This document shows, one piece after another, positions 52,620 through 64,000 of a DNA stretch of 64,000 nt. Each line of letters opens with the position of its first letter. The first letter of the stretch is position 1. The notes under the pieces are model-generated. The model saw only the letters and a program-made list of their open reading frames with translations. It searched no databases and was not told the origin of the DNA. A program made the position numbers and the translations under genes. The stretch is from the human T2T-CHM13v2.0 reference genome, Homo sapiens. The stretch lies in NCBI RefSeq assembly GCF_009914755.1, contig NC_060930.1, one strand, 5' to 3'.

Positions 52620-53829
52620 TTCTTCCCCTGCTCAAACAACGTGTGTCCCAGATGCCAAATATCTCTGATGACAGTCTGGTGTTGTAAACACTCAATGCCA
52701 TGATGCCAGAACACAGGGACTGCATAATGACAAGGTCCATCTAGCAAAACAGGTAGGGGTTTTTCATGAAGTTGATGAAAATGATGATGGATCACTGTTC
52801 AACCCCCCTGCAAAGCTGTCATGATGCAAATGAGGCTCCGGAAGAGGGAGAGACAAGTTGAGAAATGAAAAAGAGAAAGCTGACCAAAAAATCAGGTTGG
52901 ATTCTTGAAAAGGGGATGATTTGAACATCAAAAGATGCAGAGAGACCCTCGGGAGAACTCATAAAGCAAATTTTTTTTGTTGCTGTTAAAATGACCGTGC
53001 TGTAAAAAGTAAAGGCAATGATCTTACACAATCATAAAATTTTACCAGAAATATTACCTTCTTTTGAAAAAGTCTGATTTACTTCTTGTTCATTTTGAAA
53101 ATTAGTATATGGTTGAAATTATAACAAAAATTTTGTTAGATATAGGATTAAAACACATTTAATTTCATGTCCCCCATAAAATTTCAACCAAAACTCTTTT
53201 TTGATTATTTCAACTCAAAACTCTTTTTAAAAATTATTTGTTATGAAAACATTTTACCCCTTTTAATGGAGCTCACTCTAAGCCATCTTTCCTTGGTACC
53301 GAGTATACTTGGATAATGAGGACTGTTTTCCATAATGTTGGTGTAGAAAAAAACCTTCTTATAAGCAAGACACAAAATGCCAGAGGAAAAGACTGTGAGA
53401 ATTGATTAGTAAAATGTTAATACTTTTGCATGATGAACTAATAGGCTACAACACCCTGGGTGAAAATATGTATAACAGATATAATCACAGAGCGGTTAAT
53501 AGCCGTGATACAGAGAAAGCGATACGAGTCAAGAAAAAGAAAAGTAACCTGGAGGCAAAATGGGCCACAACCATAGTTGGTGGATTCACAGAAGAGGAAA
53601 AAGGGAGAAGGACTGGAGCGCGGTTAACAAACATGTGAAAAGATACCCACTCCTACCGGTAATCAGGTAAGGGCAAAATAAAGTATCAAACACCACTTCA
53701 CCCATATGTGTGTGTCCTTTGACTTCACTACTAGAATTAGGAATGTATCCCCTAGAAATACTCACACAGAACTATGTACAAGTTGTTAGCATATTATAAT
53801 AGCAAAAATAGGAAATATTGTATTACTAT

Positions 53830-54283
53830 TGTGAAAGTTGTCATAATCAAAATGAAGTCACTAATGTTAAGATAACTTCAACAAATAGAGCTGAGGAAGG
53901 CCATGAAGAGAGGGTTTTCATGGTTGTATACCTGATCACAATAAAGACGGAAAAAACCACAAAGCTTCTTGGATAAAGTTCTCTTGCACAAAGGCCATCA
54001 CAACCCTATACAAAAAAATACTTCCTCAAGGACATCTGCCCAGCAACTGCCTGTCCAACCACAGACTGGTATCATCCTTGCTGTTGATCTTTGTGGCCAA
54101 GGATAATTACTGAAAACAATTATGTAATCTTCCTCATTTTTTCCCTTTAAAAATCTTTGTCTTCCTTTACCTCCCTGAATACACACATGTTTTACTATGG
54201 CACACATATTCCTATTGCAGTGCTTTACTCCCAAATAAACATCTTTTCTTTTCAGGAGCTGCTGTTTGTTATTTTGGTTGACA
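53830..54283 (+). mobile_element. Complete ERV1-class solo LTR (MER4-group-like)
   Basis: TG...CA termini; 4-bp TSD CTAT (53826-53829 and 54284-54287); AATAAA 54234-54239; 454 bp. Confidence 0.85.
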
Positions 54284-54289
54284 CTATTC

Positions 54290-54520
54290 ATAGCTGATAC
54301 TTGCATAAGGCCTTCTATGGGTGGGCACTTTTCTAAGCACTTTACATAAATGAGCTCAATCCTCCATGACAACCCTGTGAGAAAGTACTTTTATTACCCT
54401 TAGTATGCAGACAAAGGACCCAAAGCACAGAACAGAGCGGTTTATTCAGGGTCACTCAAACAGCAGGAGGCAGAATTGTGATGTGCCCCAGGCAGTCTGG
54501 CATGCGTCTGTGCTCTATAC
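54290..54520 (-). mobile_element. MIR
   Basis: ttctaagcactttacata...aatcctccatgacaaccctgtgag...attaccc. Confidence 0.65.
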
Positions 54521-54861
54521 TTCTTACTATACAACTTACACCCAGGGTAGGATTGGCTAAATAACCCATAGAAAATCCTTACAAGGAACAACAACACATA
54601 TTGTAAAAGGAAACAAATGGGTGGCAGTGTAATCCTATTTTTGAAATATGCAAACTGTGTATGTGTGGTTTATGGGGGGTGTGTGTGTGGGGGGGGTTGT
54701 GTGTGTGTAAATGCATGGACGACAGCAAATGGAATAAAGACACAAACTCAATAGTGGTTGCCTTTGCTAAGGAGCATGTGATGGGGGTAGATGCTGGGGG
54801 AGGCGGGGTGCTGGGATAGAAAGACTTCTAATTTCTGCTGCATAAATTTTTGGATTGTTGA

Positions 54862-55254
<393 letters not shown>

Positions 55255-55671
55255 GTATTACTACATAATTTTTAAGATGTGCAAATGAAACACGAAGGGG
55301 TTATAGGCATGCCTGACCTGGTCTACGAATGGTGTCATTTGAGGCTCAATGATTGTTTATATGTTTTACCCAGGGATGGATAGCAGAGTGCAGGGAGGAA
55401 AACCTGGGTGGCTGGGGAAGTGGCCCAGCTGGGCGAGCGGTGGGCTGGCAGCTCTCTTTCTCCATCAGTACTCTTTGGTTGGATTAAGCCTCAGTCATAG
55501 GGATGAGAGAGGAAAGAGGGATGTTTCTCATCTGGGAGGTGTATTAACACTAGTGCCCAAGCAGGCAATGACATGCTTAGTATAGCTATGCCATTGTGGA
55601 TTGGCAAACCCAAGGTCATTTACAATCCCCCTTGCTTTCCTCAACTATACAACTCTACAACTATAGAGGTG

Positions 55672-55990
<319 letters not shown>

Positions 55991-56247
55991 TAGAGATTTG
56001 AAAACAAAAATATCCACTTTCCCAGACTCCCTTGCAACTAAATGGTGGCTGTATGACCCAGTCCTGGTCCATGAGATGTACATTGATGTCACTGCTTGGA
56101 CTTCCAAGAACGCTTCTTCCAGGTGCAGACTAGACTGGAATGGTCCATCAGATGTTTGCTCTTTCCCCCTTCCTCCTGACCAGACCACAGATGTGATGCC
56201 TAGAAATGTAGTTGCCATCCTGTGGCCATGAGGATGAAAATCACACA

Positions 56248-56866
56248 CTCTTTTGGTGTCGTAGGGCTGCTGTAACAAATTGCCACAAACCTAGTGGCCT
56301 GAAATGGTAGAAGTTTATGGGCCGCACGCAGTGGCTCACGCCTGTAATCCCAGCACTTTGGGAGGCCGAGGCAGGTGGATCACGAGGTCAGGAGATCAAG
56401 ATCATCCTGACTAACACGGTGAAACCTTGTCTCTACTAAAAATACAAAAAATTAGCCAGGCGTGGTGGTGGGCGCCTGTAGTCCCAGCTACTCGGGAGGC
56501 TGGAAGTCTGAAATCAAGGCATCGCAGGGGCATGCTGTCTCTGGAGACTCTAGAGGAGGATGCTTTCTTGCAGTGTTCTCCCCAGCTCCTGGTGCTGCCA
56601 GCAATCCTTGGCTTGGAGATACATCACTCATTGCTCCAGTCTGTGCCTCCTTTGTCACGTGGCTTTCTCCCTGTGTCTGTATCTCTCTTGTTCTTATAAA
56701 AGGCATTAGTCATATAGATTTAGAATCTACCTGACTCCAGTATGACCTCATCTTAACTTAATTACATCTGCAAAGACCTTATTTCCAAATAAGATCATAT
56801 TTACAGGTACCAGGGGTTAGAACTCAAACATAATCTTTTTGGAGGACGCAATTCAACTCACAAAAC
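56248..56866 (-). mobile_element. MLT1B/C-like MaLR LTR containing a truncated Alu
   Basis: agggctgctgtaacaaattgccacaaac...tatgacctcatcttaacttaattacatctgcaaagaccttatttccaaataag. Confidence 0.8.
56320..56502 (+). mobile_element. 3'-truncated AluY/Sc-like element
   Basis: gatcacgaggtcaggagatcaagatcatcctgactaacacggtg; ends at gggaggctg. Confidence 0.9.
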
Positions 56867-57047
56867 ACACTAAGGATGGAGAACGGGAAGACAGAAGCCC
56901 CTGATAGCCTTGTGCAGCCACTCCCAACCTTGGGCAGCCTACTTGTGACTTCTTGTTGTGTGATTCAAATAAATTCCCTATTTACTGAAGCCACCGTTTA
57001 GGTTTTCTTTTGCTCGCAGTTGAACACATTTCTAACTGCCACACTTT

Positions 57048-57100
57048 ATCCATCCATCCATCCATCCATCCATCCATCCATCCATTCCATCCATCCATCC
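57048..57100 (+). repeat. (ATCC)n tetranucleotide repeat
   Basis: Direct. Confidence 0.95.
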
Positions 57101-57270
57101 AGTCAATCAGTTTTTAGGAAGTACCTATATTGTGCTAGTGATGTCTTACTCAGAGTTGAGGCTGGCACAGAGAAAGTACTCAATATTTATTAGTTAAGCA
57201 CATGAATGGAAGGCAAATTCCTTTCATGGAACATAGAGTTTGGACATACACACAAAAAATAGACAATTGA

Positions 57271-57577
57271 GGCCGGGCACGGTGCCTCACGCCTGTAATC
57301 TCAGCACTTTGGAAGGCCGAGGCAGGCAGTTCACGAGGTCAGGAGATCGAGAGCATCCTGGCTAACACGGTGAAACCCCATCTCTACTAAAAATACAAAA
57401 AATTAGCCGGGGGTGGTGGCAGGTGCCTGTAGTCCCAGCTACTCAGGAGGCTGAGGCAGGAGAATGGCATGAGCCCGGGTGGCGGAGCTTGCAGTGAGCC
57501 AAGATCGCACCACTGCACTCCAGCCTGGGCAACACAGCGAGACTCCGTCTCAAAAAAAATAAATAAATAAAAAATAA
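57271..57577 (+). mobile_element. AluY-like
   Basis: gagaatggc...gcggagcttgcag diagnostics; TSD agacaattga. Confidence 0.93.
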
Positions 57578-59239
57578 GACAATTGAAATGTATGCAGGGC
57601 CTTGTATAATACCTAACTCTGACTTGGGGCTTAAGGAGTTTTCCTGGTGACTAAGAATGGTGGTAGGAGAAAGTACAGAAGCCAAAGAGAGATGGAGAAA
57701 CAGAAAAACTGACTGTGACTGACTCATGGAAGGCAGGGAAGTGGGGAGTGAAGAGAGGGAAAGGGGAGGTAACGGAGGGAGAGAGAGAGAGTGTGTGGGT
57801 GTGTGGCTATTACAAGGTCAGTCTGGAAAGATGAGGCTGGAGACAGAAGCATGAACACTTGGGATCATTCTTTAATATCTAAGCCCTTGAATGCAGGACT
57901 ACTATATGTATTTTAAGGGCAGGGGGTCTGTGAGTGGGATGTCTTTTAATCTGTAAATTACCTGACTAATATGACAATATGTACAACGTATCACAGAGAA
58001 GAAAGAACCTTACGGTGTGAGCATCGCTCTTTCGTATGGTTGGATGCTGCCCTGGTAAATACGTGATTCTTGGGTCAATAGAGTCTGCAAAGCTCAAGTT
58101 GTGTATTTTATGTAGCATGTGTTAATACTTAAGGGCTGTTTCCAGTAGGTCTTGCTCTAGCACATCATCCTTATGCAGCTGTGTTTTTTGGATGAGGCCA
58201 TGGAGAGCTGGTTGACGCCAAATGCTCACTCTGGATACTCGGATTCTCGCCTCGCTTCTGGCTTGACAAAGGGACAGGCGTAGACAGCTATCCTTCCGTG
58301 GGCTTCCTTTTCTGCATCTCTAAAATTAACTTAAAAATTTCAGAAAAAAGACATAAAACAAACAGTGCCTTGTGCGTAGTAAGTGCTAAAAATTGATTAA
58401 AAATGTACGTAATTTAAATTTAACATCATCTATAATCCCATATAATCCCTTATCATTGTGAGAGGGTAAGCAGAAAACAGGTTGCTTTTGTGTCCCATGG
58501 CTCCTTGTGGTGAGCTGGTCCCTGCCCTGGCCCTGGATTAATACTCAGGCAGGATTGTGGCTTTTCTGGTCATCTTCACTGGTAGTGACTCAAGGATGTA
58601 GCATTGGTGTGCTCCAGACTTGGCAGATGTTTAAAGCTGAGTATTTCTCTTGAGGGTTCTTTTGTGGGTTCTTGGGAGAACCCCCATTAATGTGGATCCC
58701 TCACCTTCATTCTCTTGACAAAGTTGTAGCCCCTTCACAGCCCCTGGGCATCTGCTACTCCCCTCTGGACTCTTGTTTTGGGGTCTTCTTGCCCCTGCAG
58801 AGCAGCCTTTTTGGGGCAGGATCTAAGACAGCACCTCCCAGCCTTATCTCACCCATGGCCCCTCCTCTGCCCATCACACATCCTTTGCTATGTCAAGTTC
58901 AGGGCTCTCAGGCCAAGCCAGTGTGGCAACCTCTCCTTGCCTCTGCCCACAGCTCAGGAACTAACCCTGCTCGCTTTAGACAATGCAAGTCAGACACCAG
59001 TCCTTTGGGTCCCCCAAACTACAAGGGACACACTAAATGCTTTCTAAGTGATCCCACTACTCCATTCTTTAGGCTTGAGGCAAGAGGTAAGCATCCCCAT
59101 CCTACCCCAGTGAGGGAGGGGTAGACAGACAGCACGTGGAGAACTCTCTATACATCCCCCTTTGTCAGCACCCCCTGCCCTTCCACTCTCCATGTGGTTG
59201 AGGAACCCAAGAGTCATGGAACAGTTTTGAGAAATTTAT

Positions 59240-59458
59240 AATGTACTGTTGTGTCCTTCCAAAATTCATATGTTGAAATTCTAATTTCCAAGGTGATGGC
59301 ATGAGGAGGTGGGGCCTTTGGAAGATGATTAGGTCATGAGGGTGGACCCCTCATGAATGGGATTAGGGCCCGTATAAAAGAGGCCCCAGGGAGCTCTCTT
59401 GCTGTTTCCACTGCTGTGAAGACAAGAGGAGAAAATGACCATCCACAACTGGAAGTGG
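59240..59458 (+). mobile_element. MLT1A-type MaLR LTR fragment
   Basis: caaaattcatatgttgaaa...ggtggggcctttgg...gattaggtcatgagggtggacccctcatgaatgggattag. Confidence 0.8.
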
Positions 59459-61459
59459 TCTTGGGGCCATCTGGGCAAGGATCCCAGGGTTCTGGGTACC
59501 CAGAGCATAGAAGATCATGGCCTCTGAGGGGGCATGTTTCCTTAGTCTTATGGACTCATCACCCTGTGAGATGGAGCATGTCTAGAAAGCCAGAGAAGGG
59601 CCCTTAAATCATGGGGCTCAGGGCAGTGGATCCTCTTACCTGAGTCTAATAGCCATTCTTGACTGTCAAGTAGGGTTCCTAAATGAAGCTATATTTCAAG
59701 AGAAGATACGTTGGCTATTGAAAAAAAAAAAAAAAACCCAGACACAAAACAACAGACAAGAAAGAAGGCTGGAAGAATTGGCAGGATGAATAGCTCAGTT
59801 TAGTGGAACCAGGTGCAATTGTTCCAAGTATGGGGTGAGGCTGTGCTGGACCAACCCAGCAGCTCTTCTCTAGCAGCCCACCCTGGACCTGTGAGTGCTG
59901 GGAAATAGAGGATTTTCACAGAAAGAAAGCAATCATATCCAACCTAATTGCTCAACAGCTCTGGCGTGGGGAACCCCTCTGAAAGAGCTGGCCATGCAGA
60001 TCAGGAAGCACCTTCCATAGGTCCGAGGAGGAGCGCTGTGGAGGCTGGAGGTATAGCAGGCTGGTGGGTATAAGGAGGGGAGGGGCCTAAGTTAATTGGG
60101 CCGGGGGAGGCAACAATGAGAGGGCAGAGAAATAACAGTCAGTGGGGCAGAAGGTCAGAGAGAAGCTGGTGGACCCCGAAACAGGGCCTGGAGAGCTGTT
60201 GGCAGCAACCCTCACTGTAGGTGAACTGCTTGGGACACTAGAAAGAAAGGCTCAGAACAACCTGGTGAGAATCCCTGTGGGGAGTTTGGGGACCACTGAG
60301 AGGATTCTGGGGAAAGACAGGCTTGCTTGTAATTCAAGGTGATTATTCAAGCGCAGACTCTGAGCTTCTAGATGTGGAGCCAATCGAACTTGATTAATGT
60401 GAGCACCTAGGCCAGTGAAGACTGGGGTTTTCTAGTTTCCTATGCTTTTTCTTGGGTAGGAGGGGAAGGTAACCTAAAGAATGGACTTACGTTTTATAAA
60501 GAGGAGTCTGGGTGCCTTATATACTCATAATATATTCTTATTGATGGTTTGTGGAATAATGGGGCAGATACACAGCAGAAAATGCTTCCTATATCCCGGA
60601 AGCCCTTGAAATGGATGTTCCTCAGTTGTATCTCAATCCTCACTTGTAACCTTTCTCCAGTTAAGTCTCAGAAAGACAGATGTTTCCAATTTAGCCTTGA
60701 AAAGTACACAGTAATAAAATAATCTTCAAATTAGCATGTCGGCAGGGCCTAGTGTTTACAATCCATTTTGAAAACAAGTCCCCGCCTTTGCCTGTTTGCA
60801 TTTCCATCGGGAAGATGGGATTGCCAAGCAAGCATTACTGTGTTATCTTTTCAGGTTTTATGTTCACGTTCTGGTTCAGACATAACATTCTTCCTTTGAA
60901 GCTCTCTGCAGAAGCTGACCAAGTATTTATACTTTTTAAAACATAAAGTTCCTTCTTCTTTTTTGGTGATCAAAAAATCTGCCTTTCTGAAAAGACCTCA
61001 TTACATCTTATTTGAAAAATTTTGAAATGCTTTAGAAGATGGTAGAGACCTGTTTGATTGGTTAAGCCTTTAAACGTGTGAGAGATTCTCAGAGAGGTTC
61101 TTGATCTGTTTAACTTGAAGGAGGTTTGGATGAGTGGTGGAGAATGACAGAAACTGCGGAAGGATAGGAACCTGGCCGTCGTTAAAGGTGTCCCATGGAG
61201 GTACATAAAAGAACGTGACTTCTAACACATGGCCTCTGCTTCAGATGTTTGGTGGAAAATCCTTTCTAGGCTGAGGCCAACCACCCCAAGCTTCTCGGGA
61301 GCAGGATCTGAGTGCAGCTTGCAGTCCACTCACGAGAACTTTGAATTCTCGTTCTCTTGTGCCTCCATCTTCATCCGGGCTCCAGGTCTGTGCTCATCCT
61401 CAGTGGGAGGGCCTTGTGATGGATGCCATTTCTTTGGCACTTCTCCTGTCAATAGGTAG

Positions 61460-61936
61460 TGTCAACATTCCCCTCCTTGAGTCTGGGCTGGTCCATGACA
61501 GCTCCGCAACAGAGTGTGATGGAAGTAGTGCTATGGCAGTTCCAGGCCTTGGCTTTGAGAGGATGACAGCTTCCATTCTGGTCTCTTGGAGTCCTGGGCT
61601 GCCACGACTCCAAGAAGTCCACGTACTGTTTTAAAAAGACCACATGGCAAGGCCCTGAGACCACACAGAGAGAAAGGGGGCGTCCAGCTCAGCTCAGTCT
61701 TCCAAATGTTTCCATCGAAGCACCAAGCCTGTTAGTGAAACATTCTTAGGCTCTCCAGACCCAGACCAGCCTCCAGCTGAACACCATTTAGTGACCCCAG
61801 TCAATATAGCATGGAGAGCAGAAGAATCCGCCAACCGAGTCCTGCCCAAGTTCCTGACCCACGCAATTGTGAGCAGTAATTGTTGTTTCAAGCCATTGCA
61901 TTTTGGATCATTTATTTATGCAGCAACAAATAACTG
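61460..61936 (+). mobile_element. MLT1F/G/H-like MaLR LTR
   Basis: cccctccttgagtctgggctgg...ttccaggcct...ccagaccagcc...gttgtttcaagccattg...gcagcaacaaataactg. Confidence 0.7.
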
Positions 61937-62898
61937 GAGCAGGCATGGAGGCCACCCAGGAAGTATGCAGAGAATTGAGACATCGTTATGTTGCATGTTC
62001 ATGGAACCCATTTGTGGGGATTGCACTGTAGGAAAACAAACCCAGGAAGAGGGATTCCTCTCAACATTTCCCCTCTCTCCAGGGGAGAGTCACAGACACC
62101 AAAATTGAAGGATACTAGCATCCAGGTTACACGTGTCTGCCTAAGTCTGTGCTTTTTGCTAAGTCTTAGCCTCTCTACAACTAGACTTCAAGTGGATGGG
62201 CTCTAGCATTCCATCATGCTGTGCAGGTCTGAATCTTGCTGGTACATACAGCCTGTGCTCAAGCCAAAATCTGCTGTCAAAACAGTATCTCTTCCAAGAA
62301 CAAAGGTCTATTAAAAAAAAGAAAAGAAAAGAAAAAGAAAACAGTATCTTACTTGTACCCAAGTCAGCATCTCTGATCTGTCAAATGCTCCTTCTCCATT
62401 ACCATGAATCAAATGACTCCACCATTACCATGGTGACAGAGGAGTGTAGGTGACATTGGTCTCCCATCAAATGTAAACCTGATCTATATCACAATTGTCT
62501 TTGGCTGTGAGTATTCACCATAAGTATTCACCATAAGAATCCTCATAACAAGTACGGCTATTGTTTGTGGGAAAGAAAAGAACAGTGGAATGCAGCTTTG
62601 TAGATAAGAATACAAAATATTTTAACGAAAATGTACCAGCTGTTCGACCCTCAGTATATATCACACAGACAATAAAATAAACACAATCAGCATTATTTAC
62701 TCAGTGTGAATGACTCCTGGCTCTGGCACCCTGGCTGTTTAGTTGAGTTAAGCTGGCTTTAGCTGGGTTGTGTCTGCCAGGTTGCCTTCTGAAGGTAATG
62801 GCTTATAAAACTGCATGAAAAAATCTTAAGGAGTAGCCTTATTTTTAAGGCAATAATCCTCACTAAGGAAAACTGTGTTAAATAGATTAGTGTAATGA

Positions 62899-63268
<370 letters not shown>

Positions 63269-63704
63269 TTCCATTAATTGTTTCACGTTTATTTTTTGTG
63301 ACTTTTTCTGTACTGAATAGTAACATTTTGATGTGAAGGATTTCTGGATAGAAAGCAAAACAAACAAAAACTCAACTGGTTTAATTTCCCCAGAAGTGGT
63401 CTCAGATCACCTTTGTTACGCTTTTCTGTTCAGTAGGAATGTTCTGGCAGTGTGTTGAGTTGGCATATTTGGCTTCTGTTACAGTAGTGTATATATTCTA
63501 GGAGACTCATGAGTTCTCTGTGAGATTTTTATATTTTCTGTTTTAATTTATATCACATAAGAAAATTAATATTAGTGTATCTGAATGTTCTGACTACATA
63601 ATCACCAAATACTGCCACATGGTTTCAACGCCGGTACTAATTTGAATTTAATATATTAATTTGTTTTAATTTTATAGTTGTATAAAACAATAGTTATGCT
63701 TTAG

Positions 63705-64000
<296 letters not shown>

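Larger units (their letters stand above)
55995..57040 (+). mobile_element. Old MaLR LTR (MLT1J-like), split by a younger antisense MLT1
   Basis: tttcccagactcccttgcaacta...gccatcctgtggccatgagg...cacac | cacactaaggatgg...aataaattccc...gcagttgaacacatttctaactg. Confidence 0.65.

Noticed and set aside
58672-59124. 150-aa Pro-rich ORF
   Set aside because: Non-ATG start, low-complexity composition, no supporting gene structure
62510-62535. 13-bp tandem duplication agtattcaccata x2
   Set aside because: Ordinary short slippage duplication in intergenic DNA with no context suggesting function

Overview
Human (primate) genomic DNA, recognisably 6p24.3, with three parts. (1) The 3' half of desmoplakin (DSP): 11 coding exons on +, 431-14923. 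These include the 2,295-nt rod-domain exon with two internal splice donors (DSPII, DSPIa) and the terminal plakin-repeat exon, followed by the 3'UTR. (2) The complete SNRNP48 gene (U11/U12-48K, minor spliceosome): 9 coding exons on +, 19302-37940, summing to 1,020 nt = 339 aa + stop, with a CpG-island promoter. (3) A repeat-rich intergenic region with a processed RPL29 pseudogene inside an MLT2 LTR. The most notable non-coding system is in SNRNP48 intron 4: a tandem pair of U12-type 5' splice-site motifs (USSE, 28781-28807) just downstream of an 8-nt poison micro-exon (28718-28725) that frameshifts the mRNA into a premature stop. This is a known autoregulatory AS-NMD loop; the third U11-like motif and the possible hairpin seen here may be unreported. 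Other notable items are the DSP isoform donors at paralogous positions of a 468-nt internal duplication, a MER85 piggyBac element in SNRNP48 intron 7, a candidate recursive-splice exon, and nested transposons. Repeat family names and exon numbers were assigned by eye and from memory, not by database search.
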